A DNA stretch of 64,000 nucleotides from the NCBI GenBank assembly GCA_030704615.1, contig CM060731.1, positions 41,726,001 to 41,790,000 of the forward strand. Direction: 5' to 3'. A program made the translations under genes and the position numbers. The notes below the pieces were generated by a model that saw only the letters and a program-made list of their open reading frames with translations, did no database searches and was not told the origin of the DNA. This document shows positions 12,300 to 23,387 of this stretch, piece after piece. This DNA is from Takakia lepidozioides (lineage: Eukaryota; Plantae; Bryophyta). Position 1 is the stretch's first letter; each line of letters starts with the position of its first letter.

Positions 12300-13123
12300 A
12301 CTGTCAAGGACGAGAACATGACTGAACACAAACAAAAGATCTTTGCATACGAAACAAGTAATTGACTATGTTGGTGGTGACATGGGATGTCTCCGTCCCC
12401 CTGCAATGCGAACAAGTCAGTTGACAAATTTTGAAGATTGACATAACAATGAAATGGAAGACAAGAAGTGGGCAAGACTCTTACTTGTTGATATCGTGCA
12501 TTGCAGTTAGAAGCTGCGTGAACTTCCCCTCCGGATCCAGGACCATTGACTGAACCCGATAGTGCCACTCTTTATTCTCCGCATACATCCTGCTGATGTA
12601 CTCCATCCAGGCCACCAAACGGTGGTTGCCATCCCAGACAAAGAACATTTTGTTCATGTATTGGTCGTGTGCTAGGTTCTGTGAAAGCTCAATCTCAAAC
12701 TCCGTATTCACTTCTTTCCAAAGCGGGTCCCAACTGTCCATTACATCCAGGTCCACCAATTTCTAAGATCCCTGGATATCAGTCAGTGATACGTAAAACA
12801 CAGCCGAACCCTTCAAGTACCCATGGATAAAATCCCCCTGTAGCTTCTTGATATCGTGGTGAAGGGCAGACTGAACTGCTGGCATAGAAATCATCCGGCA
12901 CAGAGGAATGAAAAGAGTGCCGTCTTTCACTTCCATGGAGTTGATGACTTTCCTCGAGTTCACCTTGGTGGTGTACATAAGAGAGTGCACCTTGGCTTCA
13001 TAGTTGGCGTCCACAACAATGTCCCTGTCTTCAAGAACAAATGTTTCCTCTGCAGGCTGGCTTCCCCCGGCTTTCTTTCTCTTTTTCTGCAAAATGCAAT
13101 GTGTTAAGACACACAATTCATGG

Positions 13124-15354
13124 CAAGATTAAGATGTTGTCAACGACAGCTTAATTTGCTGTTTTTCTAGAGTGATTTCCCAATGTTTGAGGTTCAATGC
13201 AGTGGCAGATTAAGGTGTCGTTGACAACATCTTAATCTGCTGTAGTTCTAGAGTGTTTCTCCCATGTTTATGTTGATTGCAGAGGCAGATTAAGGTGTCG
13301 TTGACGACACCTTAATCTGCTGAAGTTCCAGAGTGATTTTCTCATGTTTTGGGTTCAATTCATTGGAGATTAAGATGTCGTCAATGACACCTTAATCTGC
13401 TACAGTTGTAGGGTGTTTTCTCATATTTTGGACTGAATGTAGAAGCAGATTAAGATGTCGTCAACGCCACCTTAATCTGCTGTAGTTGTAGGGTGTTTTT
13501 TTTATGTTTTATGTTGAATTCATTGGCAGATTAAGATGTCGTCAACGACATCTTAATCGGCTATTTTTCTAGGGTGAATTCCTCATGTTTGAGGTTCAAT
13601 GCAGTGGCAGATTAAGCTGTCGTTGACGATAGCTTAATCCGCTATAGTTCTAGAGTGTTTCTCCCATGTTTATTTTGATTGCAGAGGCAGATTAAGGTGT
13701 CATTGACAACACCTTAATTTGCTGTAGTACTAGACTGTTTTTCCCATGTTTTGGGTTCAATTTATTGGTAGATTAAGATGTCGTCAACGACACCTTAATC
13801 TGCTACAGTTCTAGGGTGTTTTTCCCATATTTTGGGTTGAATGGAGAGGCAGATTAAGATGTCGTCAACGCCAACTTAACCCTTAAGTGTCAAAACTCAT
13901 TTTCACCCTCTCGTGGAAAAACATGACCCTGGCCCACAAAAAAAAAATTATCTATAGAATCTCCGTGTCCCTGTCAAACTGACCATTGGAATTACTTCCC
14001 ACGTACCCCACCTCCTACCACAAAAAGTTTCACAAAAATCCAACTTCCAGATCTGAAGATTATGAAGTAGAGTGGGGACAAAAAAAAACCTCCACTAAGA
14101 ACTAGGTGCCAAAAAAAGCAGTTTTTTGCTCGTATTTGGGCATTTTTAATTTTTTCTGTTCAAGAGTCTCAAGAATGTTGTTCCATACCGGATAACACAC
14201 ATTCTCATAATATTTCAGTTTTTTCTGAAATGTTCTCAAGTGGGCTCCTTTGTAGTGACAAATTGGGGGGGTCAAAATATGCCATTTTCTTTGGGCAGGC
14301 CAAAATATCTCTTCCTAAAATTATACAAACAAATTCAGCCGTTCAATTCCTAATCCCTCCAGTTGAAGTGTCATAACATCCATATGAGATCCCAAAAAAG
14401 TTTAGGACCAATCGGTAATTGCCCTCATATCTTTAGGTTCCCTGCCCAAGACTTCAAATGGCATACCTATGTTATAGCTTGCAAGCCTAGGATATTGGGA
14501 GCCATAGCCCAGAAGGGCACGGGGCTTGGGAGCTCCTCTGGCTTACCTGGCCCTACTTTCATGGGGGGCTACTCCACTCTCAACCCTCTCAAACCTCCGC
14601 CCTAGGTTTAGCCCACCTCGTGGCGTTTTTCTTGAGCCCCGAACTCTGCCGCCATCGCGGCTGCACTCCTTCCAGCCTGCCCTGCATGGCGTTCGCCGGA
14701 GCTGCCATCGTCGTTGATTCAGGCTAGGGCCCAGGCCTGGGAATGCCCAGACCTGCGCCGGGCGCCATGCCCCTGCCCGACAATCAAGGGGTTTGGGGGA
14801 GCGTGCCGCCCTAACCTTTATGGGGTATCTTTCAGTCACCCTAACCTGACCGCAGTTGCCATGTCAGCAACTTGGGGCAGGTTAGGGGGGCCAAATTGGC
14901 CTCAAAAAGCTGAGTGTGCCCCCTTCCAATTGGTCTAGACCCATACCCCTTCAGGAATTGACCAATTGGCCAATGCCATGTGGAGGGGGACCCGATTATT
15001 TGTCGATTGAGCAAAAAAAAAGACCAATCAGCCTTAACCACAAGAAGTTATGGCTGGTTAAAGAAACCTAACCGACCCAAAACGGGTCAGTTTGACACTT
15101 TAGGATTAAACTGCTGTAGTTGTAGGGTGTTTCCCTTGCTTTATGTTGAATGCGTTGGCAGATTAAAATGTCGTCAACGACACCTTAATCTGCTGTTTCT
15201 CTAGGTGATTTCCCCATGTTCGAGGTTGAATGCAGTGGCAGATTAAGCTATCGTCAACGACAGCTTAATTTGTTGTAGATCTTGAGTGTTTTCTCAATGT
15301 TTTTGGTTGAACACAGTGGCATATTAAGATGTCGTCAACGACACCTTAATCTTC
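13124..15354. repeat. Array A: 13 tandem units of 80-81 bp, each with palindrome (GCAG)ATTAAGRTGTCG-TYRA-CGACAYCTTAAT(CTGC); interrupted by an insertion
   Basis: Cores start at 13128, 13209, 13289, 13369, 13449, 13530, 13611, 13691, 13772, 13853, 15162, 15242 and 15323, inside an intron of the ParB-like gene. Confidence 0.95.
13880..15105. mobile_element. Non-autonomous piggyBac-like element (TTAA TSD)
   Basis: TTAA at 13876-13879 and 15106-15109; TIR CCCTTAAGTGTCAAA vs TCCTAAAGTGTCAAA (13/15). Removing it restores the repeat unit (CTTAA-ACTGCTGTAGTTGTAGGG). Confidence 0.8.
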
Positions 15355-15785
15355 CTTCACCTTAATCTTCTTATGTACACCATTACCCGGAAAGGTGACC
15401 TTTTAGATGGCGTTAGCGACACCTCTATCTAACTCATTTGTGTTGCAAAAACCATGGATTCGAATGTATGAACTAACCTTCTCTGGCTTCGTTCCTCCGT
15501 GGAAGACCCGCCCCCCCCCCTGCACGCCTTCCGCCTTGCACCTGGCTCTTCTCCTTCACGGATTGCGGAGGCACTTGTGTGTTTTTCTGCTGCTCCTCAG
15601 TGCCTGAGACCTGTCGTGGACACTGCATTATTTACACCTCCTCATCCTGAGCGACATGACCCTGCTCTGGCATGATCTGCTCTTGAATTGGAGGATCCAC
15701 GGATGAGATCGGATGCTGACTCTCCCAAGCCTTCTTCCGCTTTCTCTGCCAAAAAACATAATGAAGGTAAGCATTGCAGGCCCAG

Positions 15786-16004
15786 ATTAAGGTGTCGTCA
15801 ACGCCATCTTAATCTTGTACATATTGCAGGCTACTGCACTCATACAGAGACAACATTGGGCTCGCTAGAACAAAGGGTTATGCCTCGCGGAGGTGGCAGA
15901 TTAAGCTGTTATGAACGGCAACTTAATCACCTTGTTCTTGTCTTATTGTTCGAAACCCTTATGAATGTGATGCCATTTTAAGCTATCGTCAATGTCATCT
16001 TCAA
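15786..16004. repeat. Three further, increasingly degenerate copies of the 28-bp palindrome
   Basis: Copies at 15786, 15900 and about 15977, in predicted intron 15746-16094. Confidence 0.75.
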
Positions 16005-17070
16005 ACAGGCTCAAATGTATATTTCTTACTGCTCTTCTTATCGCTACGAGTCAGGGAACAAGGTCATGTAAAGCCAATGCGCTGCTGTACTCACCTGGAT
16101 CAAACTCTGTCCACCGCTGAAGTGTCCTCCTCTCCCAACCCGATGCTACTTTCCGCTTGAGCCTTCTCCTTCAACGGGTGCAAAGACAGTTGCATGAAGG
16201 AGGGCCGCCCCCTTGTCGACAGGCCCGTCTACGGACTTTGCTGCGTTGCCTCCTCCTCCGCAGGAGCACCGCTCTCCCTTTCGACTTCCTCCTCCTGTAT
16301 CGGTTGCAATAGAGGCAGCTCCAACAGATCCTCGAGCTGCTTGTCCAGAATGGGCTCCTTACTAGCCTGACTCTCCATCCCTTCGCCCACAGAACCCTCC
16401 CCCTCGCGATCGCTCTCTCCCTCAGACAAATTCAAAGCCCTCCTAGCTTTCTTCATCCTCTCTCTCGCTCTCAACCTCTGCCTAGCAGACGTGAAATACA
16501 AAGACTGCCTTCTCGCTCTCTTCTTTGCGGAAACGCTCTCGATCTTGGGATGCTCCAGTGTGGCGAGTCTGAAATGATGAACGCCAGAATGTAACCTCCG
16601 AAGACATCCCTCTGGCAAATGGCAAAAGTGGATGGCGGTTAGGTTTTCATCCCTCCCTCTCAACGAATGACATATCATCCAAAACGTAACGGCTCATAAT
16701 TGGGGTTTTTGTTTTTCGGCGGGATGCTTGCGAGCTGTCTCGCAGAGAACTCGACACCAGTTGCCCTTGCAAGACACTTAAATATAGGCATGCCACGTAT
16801 CCATGTTTGACATAAGGGGTTCGACCCAAAGCGCAGTCAATGAGGATGTGGCATTTGCAAAGACGGCCGCAATTCTTGCCTGTCAGAATCATGTGTCCGG
16901 CGGTCTGTGATCTGACATTAATGGGATAAAATTCACCAATATCTGTCAGAGTCAAAGCCGGCTACTAAACAACATGCAAAGAAATAATTTGCCTTAGCAC
17001 CTTTAGTCGGTGGATCCACTGAGACATTGTCAGGAAGTGGTTCGCAGAATTCGGCCTTCCTAGTGTACTC

Positions 17071-20000
17071 TTGTCACCTGCTCTCCAGTGCCCACACTCC
17101 CGTGCTCGTTCATGCAATGTCTCTCAACTCCAACGTCGTTGTTTTCTACTCCAACGCGCAAGCGGAGTACCTGAGTGCCAAAGCGGAAGGTTACACAAAG
17201 CAAGTCTTCTTGAACTATGGCGAGCCCATTCACGTCGGCTTCAGGTGTCCAAAACTCTGTCCATCAAAAGAGAAGAGACAACCTCCACCACATTTGTTGT
17301 TATCTTCGATAGTTCAAAAGAGGATGTGTCGGAGCTCCCACCTCCTCCGAATCAACGTCTGCTGGGGGACCCCAATGTGCAAGAGATTGCAAGAGTCATT
17401 CCGAAGTTGCAGTCCTTGAGGGGGTTGCCAGGATGTAAGAGGGATACACAACGAATCGTTAGAGCAAAATACCTACCCAATGAATTTAATGGTGATATCA
17501 TTTTTGAGTTGCTACCAGCGACATCCTCTGGGGGATTGGCAGGACGAATGGTGGGCATGGACAAGAAGCACGATGGACATCCATGGTGCCGGACAAAAAC
17601 TTCCAATATATGCAATCCGCATGGCTTGAAGTTCCGTAGATCGATTTACGTTGGACACCTTCGTTGTCCAAATGCTTCTTGCCAGCACTTCCAAATGGAC
17701 GGTTCAGCAAATGAGCCGGAATGGGAAGGTGTCTGCGACAACCTTTTCAAAGTAGGTTGTGCTTCTGCAAGCAGTAGTACTCTTGTTTGCAAGTTCTGTA
17801 AATTGGTCCCACAGTGCATCACAGATTGTAATATTGCACGTATGTACTACGTGCTTCACAATTGCAGTTACCTCACAAGGGCATGTATCCATTTCGGCAT
17901 TCATGCACATCCAGTGTCCCGAGGACAGTGCAGAGAGACTATTGATACAGTCCGTTCACTGCTTCAACACGAAATTCATAGTGCTCCTGGTGCATCGCCA
18001 TCAGCCATTGCTCTGGTAGCAAACGAAGGATTCCTACAAAAGTATTTGTTTGGGGAATCGCAGGAGTCCACCACTAAATTTGACACTGCCTCCATTGACG
18101 ATGTTCTGGACCATTTCTCAACATTGAGTTCTCCGAATGTGCGAAATCAAATCAACGTCCTAAGGGGGGTGCTGCCAACACAGGCTTTATGGATAGCATC
18201 CTGGAGTTAAAGCATATAAGCCGATATGACTTCATTCAGGATAGTGTTTTCCCGAGGCAAGGTGCCAGGAAAATGTACTTATTCAAGATGTCCACAGTTG
18301 GTGAGGGAATGGGAGTTAGTCTGGTGCGAAGAATACAGCCTGGTGGTGATCTTCAGAAATCCTGGATTATGTTTGATCACGTGAAACGTGTAAAGGAATG
18401 GACGACCATGGCCTGTCATATATACGATCTTGCATACCAGAGAGTGATGACTGTTGCTGTTTGTGACATGCAGTCGGAGGACACAGAGTCACAAATTCTT
18501 ATGTGGAAGTCCCTTGTTAACGTCATGACAGCTCATGGTGTCCCAGATCCAAACTTCACTGGGTTCATAGCTGACAGCGTTCAAGCGAATTGGAATGCTG
18601 TCCGTACTGTTTTTGGTTCAGGCGACCCCAAACTACCAATGGAAGGCCGGGAACGCACTTGCCTCTTTTATTGGAGCCAGTCCCTACAATGCCACACAAA
18701 GAGTTCCATAAAACTGGAGTTGCGGGAGGAGCATATGAGACTATGTCGTCTATATAAAGATGCCACCTCCGAGCAGGAAGCCAACTCTATGTTCCAGACT
18801 ATTCGAGCATGGTGGTACTCATCTGAGGCAGCCAGTCTGGATGGAATCAAAGAACTGGAAGACTGGTTGGGGTTCTGGCACTTTAGATATAGACAGTGGG
18901 ATGACTTCATGACAACTGTAAGTTGGTAGCGAAATAACATGATTTTGCTTTATTCCTTCTCGTCGGGAGATATACCATAGAACGTACAGGCCGTCCAATC
19001 TAGTTCTTATGCTGCTGTACGTAATCATGCTTGTGTTGAATTGCATACATAACATGTCACTGGAGGACATTGCCGATATGCGCTCCTGTAATCTAGCGGA
19101 GATTGTGCATAGTAAGTGGATGGCGCAATCTGGCAAAAACGGGTGGAACCTGTACGTTGCGACTGCAGATGACACGGTCCGGGCTGTTTCGCAACAAACA
19201 AGGTACCGAGACTTCCTGAGGGGACGGGGAGCCGACAAAGGTCCAGACAGGGAAGAGTTGCTACTCATGGCTGCAAATAGAGCGAAGCATCCCGCTAAAA
19301 TGGCGCGTGCTATAAATGAGTTCACAAATGGAACACCTTTGCAGTCCAGGCTCCCACATCTGGAAGGGGAGGAAAGATTCGGTTCATGCAAGCGCAAACT
19401 TGACACCCCACCAGGATCCGCTGGTGACTCCCATGGGCATGATAGGGATAATTACTCAATTCCTCGTGTGCATCTGCCTCCGACATTCGAATCTGGCAGT
19501 CCCTCTGTCGGTGCCTGTTCTTCTACTGTATACAATGCTTCATATCCCTCTGCTCTAGTGCAGGGAGATGGAGAGATGATGTTGGCGGTGGAAGAGTTCG
19601 ATTGTGTTGATGCAATATGACACATTGAACGGACAGCCCAAGGATCAAAAGTTGGGTGTTCTGCTGTTAGGGCATTGTCATTTGTGAAGTGCACCAGCAA
19701 GATTTCTAGGGGCGGAGGCGGGACTCCTGCCCTGTCTTTCACTGGTTTATTCAAACATTACGATGCACGAGAGTCCAGGCCTCACAAGTTCTGGTTTTGC
19801 CCTGATGACATTCAACGTTGTGTGATGGGGACTTGTCGTGATTTAGTCCTCAGCAAGCCTCAAATTCCAGCCGTGTGGCCAGTGAAGTTGGGAACATGTC
19901 TGTCGAAGCAAGAAATTGAGATGCTGGAGGATGCCGGGTTTTCGTCTTCCAAGAGGCCCAGTAGTCATAACACCAGTTTCATGTCGGGGTTCGCCATCCG

Positions 20001-20446
20001 CATTCCCCCCACATCCACCACATGGGAACGACTGACCTACGAAACGAAATGGAAAACCGGTCCGTCATGTTGAGGCAGGTCCCGAAAACGAGTGCAAAAT
20101 TGAGTCAGCGAGAAACCTACATTGTCGGGTGACCTAAGTTGTCAATGTCCCCCCTCCAGGCTATGGACGGGTGTACAGTATGGCGACATCAGGTTCAGTT
20201 GTTCACGACAGAACTTATGAGGTAACTGCTGGCAATTTTCCAAATTGCACATGCCCAGACTTCCAGAACACTTTATCAAGCTCTATTGGAAAGAAACCCA
20301 AATTTGTCCAGTGCAAACACCTATACTACATCTACATTCACAAGATGTTTTGCGATCCTCACCGAGACACGTGCATTCACCAGTGTACAATGCGTCCCAC
20401 TGACGTTCATACACTTCTGCAGTGTGATAGGATTACTGAAATGTGA
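17071..20446 (+). pseudogene. MULE-type DDE transposase with N-terminal GCM/WRKY-like Zn finger and C-terminal SWIM finger
   Basis: GHLRCPNASC...CKFC...HFGIHAHP; D1 in WIMFDH, D2 in FIAD, CxxH-like RTCLFYW, E in NLAEIVH; SWIM CTCPDF...CKHLYY. Frameshift near 18190, stop at 19620, probable intron after 18917. Confidence 0.8.
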
Positions 20447-20462
20447 GGTGTGGGCAGTTGCA

Positions 20463-21187
20463 GGGTTAAGTGGACCAAAAACGGCAGATCCTGCTCCATG
20501 AAAGTCCATGACCAAAAAACAAAGTTGAGGATACTATCCCAAAATATTTTTTTAGTGATAGATAATGGTATACTGAACGTATGTAGTAAAGAGTCCTACC
20601 CCAAATATTAAAGATATAATTCATTAAATATTTTAGTATATTATTTAGAGAAATTATGAAAAACTAAAAATTAGAGTTTACAAAAAAAATTCAATATGAC
20701 ACCTAGCCATTGAAGATTATAGGTTTTTGTGCATCTAGAAAAAAAATGATACCCAAAATCCAAAAAACAAGATGAGCTATGGACTTTTTTAAAAAACGCC
20801 TATTTTTTGACATATATTAGTCCATATGAGTCAAATGACAAATGATTTTGCCACTTCAAATCCATACCTATGATGTGGACCAAAATGGCCACCTTATGTC
20901 CAAAATTCAATGATATTCACCAATGGCACATAAGAGAACTTGAGTCCATTGTAATTCCATTCATTGCGGTAACAGTCCACAATGACGGTGTTCAAACGGT
21001 TCATAGCGGAGTCATTTCTTATCGGATTCATGATTGGAGAGTTGTTATGGGTGCGTATTGAAGCTAGGAATCCAATGACATATATATTTGATGGTTTTAA
21101 TGAATTAATTCAATTTCAATTGATGACACCATCAATTGCAGTCATCTAAAACTGTGCAGGTAACGTCCATTTTGGTCCAGTCAACCC
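20463..21187. mobile_element. MITE-like AT-rich element with terminal inverted repeats
   Basis: GGGTTAAGTGGACCAAAA vs reverse complement GGGTTGACTGGACCAAAA; TGCA on both sides (20459-20462, 21188-21191). Confidence 0.75.
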
Positions 21188-21328
21188 TGCATTCACCCGT
21201 GTTCAGAAGGAGTTGGATTCTTTGACAATGACTCCACTTTGTTCAATGTAATGTTTTTAACATGTTCCATATATGTTTTGGCTGAATCTGTTTTCGGTTT
21301 GTTTGTATTGGGGTTGGTGGTTTTTCCA

Positions 21329-22032
21329 ATTAAGATGTCGTTGACGACACCTTAATCCACCCACCTGCACACGCACCGCCTTCGTACCTTTGTTGGATTC
21401 ATATTTTTTTGGTTATTTGGGTTTTTCGATGAATTGACATGTCGCAAAAGGTGGTGGGAAATAAGATGTCGTTGACGACACCTTAATACCTCCAACCTGC
21501 ACACGCACCACCGTGAAAATTTTGTTCAGGTGGTGGGAATTAAGATGTCGTTGACGACATCTTAATCCCCCCACCCTGCACACGCACCGCCTTGAAAATT
21601 TTGTTGAGGTTGTTGGAATTAAGATGTCGTTGACGACACCTTAATCCCCCCTGCACACGCACCGCCTTGAAAGCTTTTCTGGATTCATATTTTTTGGGTT
21701 TTTTGGGTTTTTCCATGAACTGTCATATCGCAACAGGTTGTGGGAATTAAGATGTCGTTGACAACACCTTAATCGCCTCGACCTGCACACGCACCGCCTT
21801 CAAAGTTTTGTTGGATTTCTGTTTTTTCCATTTTTGGGCATAATCCGAAAAGACATGTGGCAGTAGCTGGTGGGATTTAAGATTCGTTGACGACACCTTA
21901 ATCCCCACGACCTGCACACGTGTCGGTTTGAAAGTTTTGTTGGATTCAAATTTTCTGGTTTTTTGGGATTTTCCATGACATGTTTGTGGCAACAGGAGGT
22001 GGGAATTAAGATGTCGTTGACGACACCTTAAT
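21329..22032. repeat. Array B: 7 copies of the same 28-bp palindrome in a different repeat unit
   Basis: Cores at 21329, 21460, 21539, 21618, 21746, 21876 and 22005; flanks GTGGGA..CCCC(A)C followed by CCTGCACACGCACCGCC; spacing about 79 or 130 bp. Confidence 0.95.
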
Positions 22033-23387
22033 CCCCTCCCACCAGGACACACACCGCCTTCAAAGTTTTTTTGGACTCAATTTTTTGGTTTCATTGTTTT
22101 TGGAGAAATTTTTCTGCGATTTTGTTTTGTCTTCCACTTCTCATGTTCTATCCTCCTCCCTCCTCTGCAGCCCCACCCCCATCAGAAGAGTCCATAGGTT
22201 ACTTAAATTTACTCATGTATATAAATGCCTTGTAACTTCAGCAGTTTCCTTCAAGTTCCCTCAAAGTAAGTAATGCCAGGATCAGCCGACAAATCTGAAA
22301 TTCAGGACACACTGGAGATGCAATTGCTCCACGTGAAACAAAAACGAAGTCATGGTTCATCAATTTCGCTCATTTCTCATCCAAAAGTCATCCACCATTC
22401 ATTCTTTCCACTTTTCATTCATCCTGAAACCATTCATCCGTCGGCTTTTTCATCGCACATTCGTACCATACGGTCGTCATGGAGCTTGGATTGTCCCGTC
22501 GGATGGGGTATGCATGCGTCCGTGCAATGTAGTTTTTGTCCACGGCAATAGGCCATCTTCTTCCCTCGGTTGTAGGCTCCCATTCACTAATCTGCTCACG
22601 CTTAAGGGATTATGCTCACATTTTCCACTCTAAGCGTGAGCGTGCTCACGTGAGCTGCTCACACGGTAGCTACCCTCCTTGGTTTGTGGGTTTACTTGTT
22701 TGGCAGGGAGGTGACAGGGGGATGCGTGTGTTGGATGTGTGTCATGGAAGCGGCGGACTCTTCATCTTCTTGTTTTGTCATGTTGTCTTCATCGTGCTTG
22801 TTGTTTGGTTCGTGAGGGAACACTGACAGAGTTGGGCAGGTAGGATGCTGGGTTTTGTTGTTTTTTGGGTGTTGATGTTTTTTGGGGAAATTGGATCGTG
22901 CTGCCATAAGTAGGGTGATGTCTGTGGGGTTTGTCTGGCTGCTTTGGGGGGGGGGGACTGTCTGCATACCGGGCAGATCAGGGGGTTCAAGCCCTCCTCA
23001 GTTCTTGTGAGTTCATGGTGGCTGGGAGATACAGTTGGGGTCGTTCCTGGTGGGTGGACATGTTAGTTACTAATTCCTCGGGTCCTTTAATCATTGTGGG
23101 CACATGGCCCTGCAAAGTACCTCGGGTGGCTGATTGGGCGCAATGTTTTTGGTGGGCTGCGATCTGGGCTACGATGTGGGCTGATTATGGAGGTGGAGTG
23201 GAAGCGTTGCCCTATATCATTTATTTCAATGCTGAGTAAAGGGAAGTTATTTGCAAGCCCTCTTTTCGGCCCCATGATTTGTCAAAAGATTATAAGAGGA
23301 TTAAAGTTCATGTCATGTATGTGCAAGTGTTGTATTTCATTAGGTCTAAGAGCTTGAAATGTGGTGTTTGTATTATCCTGCGTGCTA

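Larger units (their letters stand above)
6515..12340 (-). mobile_element. Chromovirus (Tcn1-like Ty3/Gypsy) LTR retrotransposon, degenerate, internally inverted, 5' LTR truncated
   Basis: 3' LTR 6515-7147, PPT, chromodomain, RT-RH-IN, protease LLDSGAS, gag, PBS, and a 39-bp 5' LTR remnant at 12302-12340 matching 6515-6553. Confidence 0.93.
12341..16456 (-). pseudogene. Spliced gene for a ParB/sulfiredoxin-fold protein with a charged, low-complexity N-terminus
   Basis: Predicted exons 16456-16095, 15745-15478, 13086-12485 and 12400-12341, all with GT..AG introns. ParB-like pattern FIPLCRM...DIKKLQGDFIHGY...FFVWDGNHRLVAW. In-frame stops (e.g. 12763); 3' end truncated at the LTR junction. Confidence 0.7.
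12341..22675. mobile_element. Large MULE-like DNA transposon with an accessory ParB/Srx-fold gene and palindrome arrays (left end deleted, right end tentative)
   Basis: Divergent ParB-like (-) and transposase (+) genes are bracketed by arrays sharing one 28-bp palindrome. Candidate right end at the GCTCAC-rich hairpin region ending GGTAGCTACCC (22665-22675). Confidence 0.6.

Noticed and set aside
13124-15354. CRISPR-like array (28-36 bp palindromic repeats at regular spacing)
   Set aside because: Spacers are homologous to each other with higher-order periodicity, no cas genes are present and the context is a eukaryotic intron; it is a tandem repeat.
22325-22340. TGCTCCACGTGAAACA, one mismatch from the bacterial parS consensus TGTTNCACGTGAAACA
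   Set aside because: Single copy built around a common plant G-box (CACGTG); cannot be distinguished from chance despite the nearby ParB-like gene.
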